From the NCBI RefSeq assembly GCF_032116555.1, contig NZ_CP134949.1, positions 992,001-1,056,000 of the forward strand: a DNA stretch of 64,000 nt, read 5' to 3'. Every line of letters starts with the position of its first letter. Position 1 is the stretch's first letter. Positions 1 through 10,268 of this stretch are shown here, in pieces. A program made the translations under genes and the position numbers. This DNA is from Halorarum halobium (GTDB lineage Archaea; Halobacteriota; Halobacteria; Halobacteriales; Haloferacaceae). The notes under the pieces are model-generated. The model worked only from the letters and a program-made list of their open reading frames with translations, did no database searches and was not told the DNA's origin.

Positions 1-404
1 TTTCCGAACCCGCCCGCAGCCTCGTGGTCGGCCGGGTTCGTCGGGCGTCGCCACCCGCAGGCCGCAAGCACCGAACGATTCCCAACACCGAACCCGGGCA
101 ACTCCGGGACGGGGAGCCGCGTCGCGTCGGGGTCGTGCTCGACGACGGCGTCCGGATCGGCCGTCGTCACGTCCCCGGCCTCCGCGACCGTCGAAACGAT
201 CGTCTTCGCGCGCTCGGGCGGACACCGCGCGTGGAAGCCGGTCCGGCCCCGGCGCGTGACCGAGAGGAGCGGCTCGACGGCGGGGACGCCGGTCGACCCG
301 ACCGCGAGGACCGTCGCGTCGGCGTCGGAACCCCGCAGTTCGGCTCCCTGAGCGGTCCCGGAGACCCGGACGACCGGGTCCCCCGCTGTCGATGTGAGTG
401 TCAT
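1..404 (-). CDS. N-terminal part of a probable NuoF-like (NADH dehydrogenase flavoprotein / formate dehydrogenase beta-type) protein; runs off the window
   Basis: Own translation from ATG at 404: MTLTSTAGDPVVRVSGTAQ...AVGSTGVPAVEPLLSVT...VLAACGWRRPTNPADHEAAGGFG, open to the window edge. Resembles the N-terminus of haloarchaeal NuoF-like proteins. AT-rich promoter-like DNA at 430-480. Confidence 0.5.
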   Translation of the reverse strand, partial: MTLTSTAGDPVVRVSGTAQGAELRGSDADATVLAVGSTGVPAVEPLLSVTRRGRTGFHARCPPERAKTIVSTVAEAGDVTTADPDAVVEHDPDATRLPVPELPGFGVGNRSVLAACGWRRPTNPADHEAAGGFG

Positions 405-975
405 TTGCTACCGTCTCACGGGAAGTGGGCGCTTCAGTATGTTAAATCATCGGGGGTGGAATGAGCTTCAGTAATTACTCCGCGAGAAACGATCGTCGTT
501 CGCGGCCGGGAGCCCATCGGCTCACGAGTCAGTCGCGTCGAGCCCGTCCCACCCTATGACACGGATGCATTCCTCCTCCGGGACGCGCTCGTCGGCGGTT
601 CGATCGCGGGGGACGCCGGTGTGGTAGCCGGGTGCGGGAGTGGGAGCGGAAGCAGTCCGGCTACCGGTCCCGCGGCGGATGGGCCAGTGGCCGTCGCCGC
701 GGCACGCCCGCGTCCCCGCGCCGCCGTCGGGAAACTCCCGACGTCCCGCGAGCCGGACCGATATCGGACCCGGAGCGGTCGCGATACCGCCGGGCACACT
801 GGGGAACGCGCCCGGCGGCGCGGGTCGCCCCCGTGGGCGACTGCGTCGCGTATCCGGTTCGCGGCGTCTCGTGAGGGGGAACTGCGACACTTCACTGTAC
901 CGCCCACGTTCTCGAAACTGATTCTTTCCGGCGCCACGGGCCGGCTTTTTGCCACGCGCCGTGCTCGTTCCCGTC

Positions 976-2040
976 ATGTTCGAACGGCTGTTCACGAACG
1001 CGGCGGCCCGCGACTGGGATCAGTCCCCCTCCGGCACGGTCAGGGTCGCCGTCGTGGGGCTGGGCAACTACGCGCGCTCGGTCTCGCTGCCGGCGATGGC
1101 GGACGCGACGTACTGCGAACCGACGGTCGCCGTGAGCGGCAGCGCCCGGGCGCGAACGGCCGCCTCGGAGGAGTTCGGTCTCACCGCCCTCGACTACGAC
1201 GCCTACGAGGCCGGCGGGGCGGCCGGGGAGTACGACGCGGTGTACGTGGCGACGGCGAACCGGCTCCACCTCCCGCACGTCGAGACGGCCGCGGGCCTAG
1301 GCAAGGCCGTCCTCTGTGAGAAGCCGCTGGAGGCGACCGTCGAACGGACGGAGCGGCTCGTCACGGCCTGCGAGTCGGCGGACGTCCCGCTGATGACCGC
1401 CTACCGGATGCAGGCCGACCCGGTGATGCGTCGGCTTCGGGAGTTAGTCCGCGCCGGCGGCATCGGCGACCCCGTCCGCGCGTCGGGCGACTTCACGTTC
1501 CCGCTGCTCGCGGGCGGCGGCGACCCGGACCAGTGGCGGCTCGACGCCGACCTCGCTGGCGGGGGCGCGCTCTTCGACGTCGGCGTCTACCCCCTGAACA
1601 CGACGCGCTTCCTCCTCGATGCCGACCCGCTGGCCGCGTGGGGCCACGTCAGGTCCACGAGCCCGCCGTTCGCGGACGTGGACGAGCACGTGGAGTTCGG
1701 CGTCGACTTCGGCGACTGCGTCGGGAACTTCTCCGCGTCCTTCTCGGGTCACCCCTCGACGACCCTGCGGCTCCAGGGGAGCGAGGGGACCGTCGACGTG
1801 ACCGACGCTTTCGAGCCCGGAGTCGAGCGCACGGTCGCCGTCGAGACGGACGCCGGCCGGGCGACCGTCGAGGGCGTCGGCGCGGACGAGACGCGCGAGG
1901 AGTTCGACTACTTCGCACACGCGGTGCTGACGGGCGCGGCGATCGAACCCGACGGCGCGGACGGCCTGGCCGACGTGCGAACGATGGCGACGGTGCTGGA
2001 GTCGGCAGAGCGAGGTGCGCGTGTCCGGTTGTCCCAGTGA
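976..2040 (+). CDS. Gfo/Idh/MocA oxidoreductase (D-xylose 1-dehydrogenase-like)
   Basis: Rossmann VAVVGLGNYA, LCEKPL motif, GGGALFDVGVYPLN; ATG at 976. Confidence 0.9.
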   Translation: MFERLFTNAAARDWDQSPSGTVRVAVVGLGNYARSVSLPAMADATYCEPTVAVSGSARARTAASEEFGLTALDYDAYEAGGAAGEYDAVYVATANRLHLPHVETAAGLGKAVLCEKPLEATVERTERLVTACESADVPLMTAYRMQADPVMRRLRELVRAGGIGDPVRASGDFTFPLLAGGGDPDQWRLDADLAGGGALFDVGVYPLNTTRFLLDADPLAAWGHVRSTSPPFADVDEHVEFGVDFGDCVGNFSASFSGHPSTTLRLQGSEGTVDVTDAFEPGVERTVAVETDAGRATVEGVGADETREEFDYFAHAVLTGAAIEPDGADGLADVRTMATVLESAERGARVRLSQ

Positions 2041-2335
2041 CCGTACGGGCGGGTGTCGGGGACAGCGACGGACCGACGACTCCGGGCGTCGAAAGGGAAG
2101 CAGGACGGTGGAGCGAAGGCGAAGGCGGGAGGTTGGGGCGAGGTTCGCGCCGCGACGGACCCCGACGTTCGCGGCGCAGCCGTGTGCGGTCAGCCACGGC
2201 GGTTGCGCGGTGGCGGCGTGTCGTTGTGTTGCCGAGTCACGACGAGAAAAGCGTCGTATCGTCGGCACTGGGTGCTACTGCGGTTTCACTGATAAACCCT
2301 CCGGGTCGGGAAGGAGTCGGTCGCGGGGAGCGAAC

Positions 2336-3148
2336 TCAGTAGTCGCGCCGGTCGCGGAGCGCGGGGAACTCCTCGCGGACGCGTCTCACCCGGTCGGGGT
2401 CGACCTCCGCGGTCACGAGCGCGGGCTCGTCCGCGGTGGAGGCCAGCGTCGTCCCCCACGGATCGTACACGGTCGAGCGGCCCAGCAGTTCCGCGTCGGG
2501 AGCCGAGCCAGCGCCGTTGATCGTCGCCACGTAGGCGAGGTTCTCGACGGCACGCGCCCGCGGGAGCGTCTCCCAGTGCTCGACGCGCGGGTACGGCCAG
2601 GCGCTCGGAACGAGCACGAGCGTCGCGCCGGCGTCCATCAGCGATCGAAACTGCTCGGGGAACCGGAGATCGTAGCAGGTGGTGACGCCGACGGAGAAGC
2701 CGAGCATGTCCACCACCGGCAGCGCCTCGCCGGGCGTGAGCAGTCGGGTCTCGGCCGACTCGTAGCCGAACAGGTGGTGTTTCCGGTAGATCGCCCGGCG
2801 CTCGCCGTCGGCGTCGAAGAGCACCGCGGTGTTGGCCAGCCCCTCCCTTGCGGGGACGTCGACGCCCGCCTCGGCGGAAGCGGCGAGGTCCTCGATGATG
2901 CTCCCGGCCAGGAGCGCCACCCCGTGGTCGGCGGCCGCGACCGACAGTTCCGAGAGCGTCGGCCCCGTGACCGACTCGGCCGCCCGGGAGTAGGCGTCGA
3001 ACGCGAAGTAGCCGACGTTCCACAGTTCCGGCAGGGCGACGAGGTCCGCGCCGCGCCCGGCGGCGTCCGCGACCGCGGCGAGCGCCCGGTCGCGGTTCCC
3101 GCCCACGTCGCCGTGCTCGACGCCGAGCTGGGTGAGTGCGAGCTTCAC
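2336..3148 (-). CDS. Carbon-nitrogen hydrolase (nitrilase family)
   Basis: Catalytic triad motifs LPELW, YRKHHLF, TCYDLRFPE. Confidence 0.93.
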   Translation of the reverse strand: MKLALTQLGVEHGDVGGNRDRALAAVADAAGRGADLVALPELWNVGYFAFDAYSRAAESVTGPTLSELSVAAADHGVALLAGSIIEDLAASAEAGVDVPAREGLANTAVLFDADGERRAIYRKHHLFGYESAETRLLTPGEALPVVDMLGFSVGVTTCYDLRFPEQFRSLMDAGATLVLVPSAWPYPRVEHWETLPRARAVENLAYVATINGAGSAPDAELLGRSTVYDPWGTTLASTADEPALVTAEVDPDRVRRVREEFPALRDRRDY

Positions 3149-3573
3149 GACTCGGCCACCTCCGCACGCAGGGCCGCCTCCAGGCCCTCGAGTTCGGCCT
3201 CGAAGCGCCGCTCGAAGAACCGTTCGACGCCCGGCAGCTTCCCCTCGACGACGAACTCGTTGTCGAGGCGCGTCCCGCCGTCAGGGAGGGGTTCGACCGT
3301 GTGCTCGCCGGTGACCCGGAACGCCGCGGAGGTGCCGACGAACCGCACGTGGCGTGGCGGGTCGCGCTCGACCTCCTCGGTCTCGACGGCGATGGTCGAG
3401 CGGACGACCGGGATCGGCAGGCGAACGTGCCAGGTGGCGTCGCCGTCGCCGTGCAGTTCGTAGTCGTCGACGACGCTGATGGCACCGGCGCGCTTGGCCG
3501 GGTCGGCGATGAACGACCAGACCGCCTCGGGCGGCGCGGCGAACTCGAACGTCCGGCGGACGCGCACGGTCAT
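3145..3573 (-). CDS. SRPBCC/CoxG-like ligand-binding protein
   Basis: MTVRVRRTFEFAAPPEAVWSFIADP START-like N-terminus; 4-nt overlap with the nitrilase gene. Confidence 0.85.
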   Translation of the reverse strand: MTVRVRRTFEFAAPPEAVWSFIADPAKRAGAISVVDDYELHGDGDATWHVRLPIPVVRSTIAVETEEVERDPPRHVRFVGTSAAFRVTGEHTVEPLPDGGTRLDNEFVVEGKLPGVERFFERRFEAELEGLEAALRAEVAES

Positions 3574-3737
3574 TCCTACCCGGTCCTTCGAGCGGGGAGC
3601 GAAAAAGGCGCGGGGTTGCAGCTCACGTTGGCGGACGTCGCTACCCGGAACGGGTACAGTCGCCGTGGAAGGATGCGGCTGCCGGGGATGGATACGGCCG
3701 AGTAGGGGAGCGGGGACGGGCGGCCGCGACCGGCCGG

Positions 3738-3962
3738 TCAGGCCAGTTCCACGCGCCAGGTCGTCGAGCGCGCCCGGCCCCACTTCTCGATGTCCATCTC
3801 CTCGGACTTCTCCGCGAGCTGTGGCAGCCGGGAGCCGACCTGCTTGGACGAGAGGCCGATGGCCTTGGCGATGTTCTTCGCCCGGAAGTACTCCTCGCCG
3901 CGCGAGACGCTGTCGCGGAGGTACGCGAGGATCCGTTTCTCCTCGGATGTGTAGTCCGTCAT
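3738..3962 (-). CDS. Small conserved haloarchaeal winged-HTH protein
   Basis: 74 aa, YFRAKNIAKAIGLSSKQVG helix-turn-helix, C-terminal wing TTWRV. Confidence 0.85.
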   Translation of the reverse strand: MTDYTSEEKRILAYLRDSVSRGEEYFRAKNIAKAIGLSSKQVGSRLPQLAEKSEEMDIEKWGRARSTTWRVELA

Positions 3963-4086
3963 CGCTGCTCTTGCCCCCGCGTTGGGGGCGAGCGTGCTTA
4001 ACGCTTTACGGAGTCCGACTCGCGGGCGACACGGGACCGACCCGCGGACGGGTACGAGGTGGCCCTCGCCCGCGCCCGGGTTCGGC

Positions 4087-4269
4087 TCAGGCGTACACGT
4101 GGACGGCGGTCACGGCGAGACCGCCCGCGAGCATCGCCAGCGCGAACCCCCAGGCCATCACCTGCTGGGTTCCGCCCGCGACCATCAGGCCGGCGCCGAC
4201 CGTCACGAGCGCGCCGAAGACGAGCGCGAGCCCGGTCCCCATGTCGGAGGAGACGGATTCGGATGTCAT
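4087..4269 (-). CDS. Small two-TM membrane protein
   Basis: 60 aa with two hydrophobic helices and typical codon usage. Confidence 0.75.
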   Translation of the reverse strand: MTSESVSSDMGTGLALVFGALVTVGAGLMVAGGTQQVMAWGFALAMLAGGLAVTAVHVYA

Positions 4270-4478
4270 GTCCGAGCGCTACGGGGGCGCGCACTTAGTT
4301 CGTCCGATCCCGGCGGAACGAGACGACGAACACGCCCGGACGCCGACGAAGCCGACTCCTCCCGTCGGTCCGTCCACGCACTTGCACGGCTCGGACCCAG
4401 TAGCACGGCTCGACCACACCGCACGTCCGCTGCGCGTCAGTTCGAAGATTTAACTCGGCCCCGCACCTGCCGACGGCC

Positions 4479-5648
4479 ATGAGCGACGCGCGTGGACTCG
4501 GGCCGACCGCCGCGACCGCGAAGGCGATCGCGGCCGTCCTGGTCGTGCTGGTCGGCTCCGTTGGGGGTGCGTTCGCGCTGGGGCTCGTCGGCGCGCCGTC
4601 GGTCGTCGGCGTCGAGAACCGGTTCGGCGCGGTGACCGAGTCCACCTCACAGATCGAGACGGAGCTGACGGTCCACAACCCGAACCCCGTCGGGGTCCAG
4701 CTCGGCGGAATGACGATCGACTACTCGGTGCGGATGAACGAGGTGCTGATGGCACAGGGGACGAAGGAGGGCGTCGCGGTCGAGACGGGCAACAGCACGC
4801 TCCCGTTCCGGACCGGCATGAACAACTCGCAGATTCCGGCCTGGTGGGTGAGCCACGTCTCGAACGACGAGCACACGACGCTCCGAGTCGACGCGAGCGT
4901 CCACTCCTCGCTGCTCGGGCGGACGTTCGGCGCACCGAAGGTGACCCGCGAGGTGAACACGAGCGTCATCTCGGCGTTCCGGACCGAGGAGGCCCGGCCC
5001 ATCGAGGCCGACGCAGCCGCGGTGACCAACCCCGTGATGGTCCTGAACCGGACGGAGGCATCGTGGGGGACCGTCGACGAGGAGACGACCGAGATCAGGA
5101 TGACCCTCCACCTCTACAACCCGAAGCCGTACCCGGTGACGCTCTCCTCGCTCGGGTACGACATCACGATGAACGACATCGGGGTGGGTGAGGGCGAGGC
5201 GGGCCGGACGACGACCATCCCGCCGGGCGAAACCGTTCCCGTGCGGGCGACGACCCACATCGACACCGGGACGCTCGACGAGTGGTGGGTGTCCCACCTC
5301 GAACGAAATCAGGTGACGGACCTCCGTATGGAGCTGTTCCTGACGTTCGACCTGTCGGCGGCGGGCGCGGGCGAACGGCGGATCGAACTCGACGAGTTCA
5401 ATCGGACCGTCGAGACGGACCTGTTCGGGACGAAGAACGCGAGCGACGGCTCGGGCGGCGCGGGTGAGGACGGTTCCGGCAGCAGCGGTGACGGCGACGA
5501 CGGGGGTGGTTCGGACGCGCCCGGAACCGAAACGTCGACCGGAACCGCGACGGCGACGCCGTCCGGCGGCGAATCGACGGCGACGGCGACGCCGACTGCA
5601 ACTCCGGGGGGCGGAACCTCGACGGCGACCGACGACGGCCTGCTGTAG
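4479..5648 (+). CDS. LEA type 2 (WHy domain) membrane-anchored protein
   Basis: N-terminal TM; two repeats with HNPNP / YNPKP and WWVSH motifs; G/S/T/D-rich tail. Confidence 0.88.
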   Translation: MSDARGLGPTAATAKAIAAVLVVLVGSVGGAFALGLVGAPSVVGVENRFGAVTESTSQIETELTVHNPNPVGVQLGGMTIDYSVRMNEVLMAQGTKEGVAVETGNSTLPFRTGMNNSQIPAWWVSHVSNDEHTTLRVDASVHSSLLGRTFGAPKVTREVNTSVISAFRTEEARPIEADAAAVTNPVMVLNRTEASWGTVDEETTEIRMTLHLYNPKPYPVTLSSLGYDITMNDIGVGEGEAGRTTTIPPGETVPVRATTHIDTGTLDEWWVSHLERNQVTDLRMELFLTFDLSAAGAGERRIELDEFNRTVETDLFGTKNASDGSGGAGEDGSGSSGDGDDGGGSDAPGTETSTGTATATPSGGESTATATPTATPGGGTSTATDDGLL

Positions 5649-5752
5649 GGCGGCTCGGTCACCCCGGAGCCCCCGTCCCGCTATTTGCATCCGCCGACAG
5701 GGCTTTATCCCCGGCGGGGTCAGGGAGTGTATGCGTCGGAGTATCACCGCTC

Positions 5753-6187
5753 CTGATCGAGTTCTCGGACGGTAACGTAGACGTCACCACCGACGGCGAC
5801 GCGATTCTGGTCGAGGTCGCTGGCCGCGCCTGCGAACTGAGTAGGGACGACGCCGCCGACCTCCAGGACGCCATCGCCGACGCGCTGACCGAGCGCCGGG
5901 AGTTCTTCCGAACGGCCGGCGAGTATCGCACGGACGGCAGCTACGTCGTCTCGCGGAAGGCGGCGGACTCGGCCGGCAACGCGAAGGTGTTCGCCTCCTT
6001 CGAGGAACTACGCCGGCTGTACGACCGCCTGCCCGACGAGTTCTCCGCCGAGGACGTCGGCCGGACCGGCATCACCGGCTCGCGCCGCCACATGCTGATC
6101 CGGCACTTCGCGGAGCACCCGGAGTTCGGCTGTTCCATCGCGCGGCGGAACCCGCTGACCGGCGAGAAGGACGTGGGTGAGGGGTAA
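5753..6187 (+). CDS. Conserved hypothetical protein; start codon unresolved (no in-frame ATG/GTG/TTG before 5987)
   Basis: Frame reads LIEFSDGNVDVTTDGDAILVEV...ERREFFRTAGEYRTDGSYVVSRK...GITGSRRHMLIRHFAEHP, acidic and GC3-rich from about 5753. Confidence 0.7.
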   Translation: MIEFSDGNVDVTTDGDAILVEVAGRACELSRDDAADLQDAIADALTERREFFRTAGEYRTDGSYVVSRKAADSAGNAKVFASFEELRRLYDRLPDEFSAEDVGRTGITGSRRHMLIRHFAEHPEFGCSIARRNPLTGEKDVGEG

Positions 6188-6373
6188 ACGCGCGTAACGA
6201 GTGAACGCGGTTGACGAGTGAACGAACGAACCCGGCGAGACGAACGAGACGGGTGGACCTGACGGGGGCGAGCGGTAGCGAGCCCCCCGAGCGTGGGGCG
6301 CGGCCGGCGGCCGAGTCGTAAGACGAACGACGGCGAGAGCGAGCGCCGCCGGCCAGCCGGGTCGAGTACCCGA

Positions 6374-7405
6374 CTACTCGATGCTGACGTGTTCGTTCTC
6401 CTCGTTCAGCGAGAGGTTCGCGGCGACCTCGGCGATGCGCATCGCGTACTGGGCGGTCTCCTGGAGGCTGACGAGCACCTCGCGCACCCGCAGGAGCTGC
6501 TCGTTGTCCATCTCCGGGAGGTCCGTGAGGATGTCCTGCTCGCGGTCCTTTAGTTCGCGGAACAGGTAGCGCACCTCGATGGTGAGCGAGTAGTCGCGCT
6601 GGACGACCGCCTCGACGGCCATCGCGGTGATGTCGTCGACCTGGTCGGTCACCTCGCGGATCTTCCGCATCGTCGAGGACTCCACGTCGAGCGTGTGGTC
6701 GTCGGCCTCCATGACGATCTCCGCGATGTCCTCGGCGTTGTCCGCGATGAGTTCGAGGTTCTTGGCCACCGAGCGGTAGCCGATGAGCGGGAAGCCAGAG
6801 TCGAGCCCGACGGCGCGCGCGAGGTTCGGGTTCTGGTAGGCGGTGAACGTGAGCCGGAGGAGTAGGACGAAGATCTTGTTCGCCTGCCGCTCGCGGTTGA
6901 GCGCCCGCTGGGCGAGGTCCGGGTTGCCGTGGGCCAGCGCCTTCACGGCCTCGCCGCGCATCGTCGAGCCCGTGTTCTCCAGGCGGCCGAGCAGGTTGTC
7001 GAGCGTGAAGTCCTCGGGGTCGACCGAGCACCGGATGGCGATGTTTTCGGGCGTCTCCTCGATGACGCCCAGCCCCATCAGCTGCGTCTCGGCCTTGTAG
7101 ACGGCGTTAATGTGGTCAGAGTCGAGCGCGCCCTCCTTCGTGGTGATGTTGATGACCCGCCGCCCGAGCACGTACTGGGCGAGGATGGCGCGTTCGAGCG
7201 CGTCCGCGTCGAGGTTGTCGGCGTGCAGCGTCGCCTCCGCGTCCTCGGTGCTCGCGGACTCGGGCAGGACCGTGAGCGTCCCCTTGCCGCCCATCCGCAG
7301 CGACACCTCGTCCCCCTTCTCGACGTTCTGTTCCTTCGCCCACTCGGCCGGCAGCGTCATCGCCAGCGTGGAGGGGCCCAGCCGCTGGACCTTGCGAGTT
7401 TCCAT
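6374..7405 (-). CDS. phoU: Phosphate uptake regulator, AbrB-like N-domain plus PhoU domains
   Basis: METRKVQRLGPSTLAMTLP AbrB-type start; VAKNLELIADNAEDIAE PhoU helix. Confidence 0.9.
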   Translation of the reverse strand: METRKVQRLGPSTLAMTLPAEWAKEQNVEKGDEVSLRMGGKGTLTVLPESASTEDAEATLHADNLDADALERAILAQYVLGRRVINITTKEGALDSDHINAVYKAETQLMGLGVIEETPENIAIRCSVDPEDFTLDNLLGRLENTGSTMRGEAVKALAHGNPDLAQRALNRERQANKIFVLLLRLTFTAYQNPNLARAVGLDSGFPLIGYRSVAKNLELIADNAEDIAEIVMEADDHTLDVESSTMRKIREVTDQVDDITAMAVEAVVQRDYSLTIEVRYLFRELKDREQDILTDLPEMDNEQLLRVREVLVSLQETAQYAMRIAEVAANLSLNEENEHVSIE

Positions 7406-7536
7406 GTCGCTGGGATGCCCTTGTATGACCTTAACCTTGTCCCTACGTCCATTATACGCGTGGGTCCTTCCTAGGTGAGGACGACCCGAAATCGAGCGTC
7501 GGCGTCGGTGTGCTCCCCGGACGACGGTCGCCCGGC

Positions 7537-8601
7537 TCAGACGATCTTCAGCATCCGTCGCTCGAACCGGCCGACGCGGGCCTTCACCCAGCCCCGGAGC
7601 GCCTCGTCCAGTTCGGGGTCGTCGGTGTCGACCCGGAGGACGCGGAGGTCGTCCAGCTTGTCCCGGGACGCGACGATCTCCAGTTCGCAGCGGCGGATCA
7701 CTGCCGGCGACAGCTGCGGGTTGCCGCGGCCGAACACGAACCCCTGCCCGCCGATGGGCGTGACGACGATGACGTTGTCCTCGCCGAGCGCGTCGAGGAT
7801 CTCGGATTCGGTCGCGTCCGCGGCCACCACGCGCCCGTCCCGGTACACGTCGACGCCGATCGGCGAGCCCTCGAACGCCAGCTTCTCCTTTACCTCGCCG
7901 ACGGTCGAGCCCGGCCCGAGCACCCACGTCGTCTCGGGTCGGGCACGCACGTCGTCGGCGACGCCCTCCGCGAGCGACTCGACGCTTCCGCCGCCGAGCT
8001 GTTTCGACGACTGGAGACGCTCGGCGACGGGGACGAACGCGACGGCGCGGAGTTCGGGGTTCACTTCGCCCCCGCGGTAGTCGTCCTCGTCGACGTCCAT
8101 CACCTCCCGGCGTTCGCTCCGCTCGAACGTCGCCGCGACCGCGGCGGCGTCCTCGGGCGAGACGGCGAACACCGACGAGTACACCTTCACGCCCGCGGGG
8201 ACGCCGAGCATCGGAACGTCGCTGCCCTCCAGGGCCGCCGCGACGTCCGCCGCGGTGCCGTCGCCGCCGACGAAGAGGACGAGGTCGGCGTCGGCCCCGA
8301 GGAACGCCTCGACCGCGGCGCGCGTGTCGCCGGGGCCGGTCTCCGCGGCTCCGGGCTCGCCGAGCCGTTCCGGTTCGAACCCGACGTCGCGGGCCGTGGC
8401 GTCGCCCATCGGCTCGCCCCAGGTGAGCAGGTGCGCGTCGGGTGCACGCTCGTGGAGCGCGGCGAGGGCTCGTCGGGCGCGCTCGGGGGATCGCGGCTCG
8501 GCTCCGCGGGCCCGCGCCTCGGCGACCTTCCCGTCGGTCCCCTTGAGGCCGACGCGGCCGCCCATCCCCGCGATGGGGTTACAGAGGAACCCGATTCGCA
8601 T
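7537..8601 (-). CDS. ATP-NAD kinase family protein
   Basis: NPIAGMGG, GGDGTA, GVPAGVKVYS and GGQGFVFGRGN motifs. Confidence 0.9.
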   Translation of the reverse strand: MRIGFLCNPIAGMGGRVGLKGTDGKVAEARARGAEPRSPERARRALAALHERAPDAHLLTWGEPMGDATARDVGFEPERLGEPGAAETGPGDTRAAVEAFLGADADLVLFVGGDGTAADVAAALEGSDVPMLGVPAGVKVYSSVFAVSPEDAAAVAATFERSERREVMDVDEDDYRGGEVNPELRAVAFVPVAERLQSSKQLGGGSVESLAEGVADDVRARPETTWVLGPGSTVGEVKEKLAFEGSPIGVDVYRDGRVVAADATESEILDALGEDNVIVVTPIGGQGFVFGRGNPQLSPAVIRRCELEIVASRDKLDDLRVLRVDTDDPELDEALRGWVKARVGRFERRMLKIV

Positions 8602-8671
8602 GGCTGTGGGGTCGCGCGGGCGGCGGAAAAACGGCGCGGTCAGTGGTCGACGTCGAACCCGGATCCCCGTC

Positions 8672-9112
8672 TCAGATACCCAGGCTGTAGGGCCACTGGA
8701 CCGAGGAGAGCGCGAGGAACACGAGCGCGCCGCCGAGGATGGTCATGTTCTTCAGGAAGTGGGTCATCTCGTCCTGGGTCTGTTCCTCGGGGACCGCCCA
8801 GAAGTCGTGGAAGACGAACGCGGCGGCGAGCGCGAACAGCACGATCGCGCCGGCCGCCCACGGGACGAGCGCGCCGGCGGCGATGCCGAGGCCGCCGAAC
8901 AGGAGCATCCCGCCCGAGAACAGCACGCCGAACCTGGGCGCGGGGAGTCCCTTCGCCTCGGCGTAGCCGGTCAACGCGTCGACGTTCTGGAAGTGGTTCA
9001 GGCCGTTGAACGCGAGTACCAGGCCGAACAGCAGCCGTCCGACGAGGAACGCCTCGGCTGCGCCGGGTCCATCGAACACGGTTCCGCCCTGCAGGATAAC
9101 GGTAGCGTCCAT
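8672..9112 (-). CDS. DoxX family membrane protein
   Basis: GRLLFG...GLNHF, HDFW, FLKN motifs; four TM segments. Confidence 0.9.
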   Translation of the reverse strand: MDATVILQGGTVFDGPGAAEAFLVGRLLFGLVLAFNGLNHFQNVDALTGYAEAKGLPAPRFGVLFSGGMLLFGGLGIAAGALVPWAAGAIVLFALAAAFVFHDFWAVPEEQTQDEMTHFLKNMTILGGALVFLALSSVQWPYSLGI

Positions 9113-9466
9113 GTGCGAGTTCCCCTACCGCACCGCGCTACTTATCCGTTTGCTGACACGGCGGTCACCGGGTTACGGCGATGTCACCGCCCGGGATCGC
9201 CGGCTTCAGTGACGACAGGCAGAAACGACCAGTTCCGGGGTCGTGTCGCCGAAAACTACCGGCTCACTTTCCGGGTCGGATACATCTTCCGTGCTGTGGC
9301 GGAGTCTCGACGTTCGCGTGGTGTCTCGACGCCCGGATGCGGTCTCTCGACGCCCGGACGCGGAGTCGGCGTTCGACGCGGTGGCATCGTTCGGACGCGC
9401 TCGGCGACGGCCGCTCCAGCGGGTGGTACGCTTATTGCGGTCGGTGGGAAAGCCCGAACGAAGCGA

Positions 9467-10186
9467 ATGCCGCTCACCGACCTCATCGAGGACGCCGAAC
9501 GGGGCGAAAAGCGGATCACGGTGTTCGATCCGCCGACGGACGCCGTCGTCGCCGAACTCCGCGAGTACGTCGCCGACCAGCAGGTCCGCGTCGACGTCGC
9601 CGCGACCGACAGCGACCTCTCCGGGTACGCGGTCCTCTCGGACGAGCGCGGCGACGAGGTGCTCACGGCCGTCGACCTCCGACACCTCGGCGGCGACCCC
9701 GTGGGCGAACTCGGGGCCGAACGGACGCTCTCGCCGATCTTCGAGGAGTTGGCCGACACGACGTTCACCTCCTACGACGTCGGGCAGATGATCGCGGCCT
9801 CCCGCGAGATCGAGGACCGCGCGTGGCGGACCGGCGTGGGCGAACTCCACGCCGGGTTCCAGACCGGGACGGCGCTGAGCGCACAGACGGCCGCATACCG
9901 TGACCTGGCCGCCAAGGACCTCGACGTCCACGTCTACTGTACCCCGGACACGAACGCGCCGCACCTCGACGGGGTCACCGTCCACGCGGCGGACGTCCGC
10001 GAGATCCGGGAGTCGTGGTTCGTCGTCTTCGACGGCGGAGGGGAGGACGAACGGGCGTGCGCCCTGCTGGCCGAGGAACGGGGCGCCGGCGACGAGCGGG
10101 CGTTCTACGGCTTCTGGACGTACGATCCGGCGATCGTCGCCGACGCGCTGGAACACCTCTGGGAGCGGTATCACCTCGCCGCGTGA
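9467..10186 (+). CDS. DICT sensory domain protein
   Basis: ASREIEDRAWR, LHAGFQ, WFVVFDGGG, FYGFWTYDP; ATG at 9467. Confidence 0.85.
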   Translation: MPLTDLIEDAERGEKRITVFDPPTDAVVAELREYVADQQVRVDVAATDSDLSGYAVLSDERGDEVLTAVDLRHLGGDPVGELGAERTLSPIFEELADTTFTSYDVGQMIAASREIEDRAWRTGVGELHAGFQTGTALSAQTAAYRDLAAKDLDVHVYCTPDTNAPHLDGVTVHAADVREIRESWFVVFDGGGEDERACALLAEERGAGDERAFYGFWTYDPAIVADALEHLWERYHLAA

Positions 10187-10268
10187 CTGGTTGTCTGAAC
10201 GTTCATTCAGTTTCTGCTGGTTTGGCACGACTTATGAGTCGTGACCGTCAATCGCCGACATCGAGTTC

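Noticed and set aside
522..995. ORFs in the intergenic region before the Gfo gene
   Set aside because: No acidic bias, motifs or convincing start codon.
6190..6255. ACGAGTGAACG repeats between convergent genes
   Set aside because: Short low-complexity tract with no support for a function.
9305..9365. Repeated TCTCGACGCCCGGA(T/C)GCGG units
   Set aside because: Only about two adjacent copies with no spacers; local duplication, not CRISPR.
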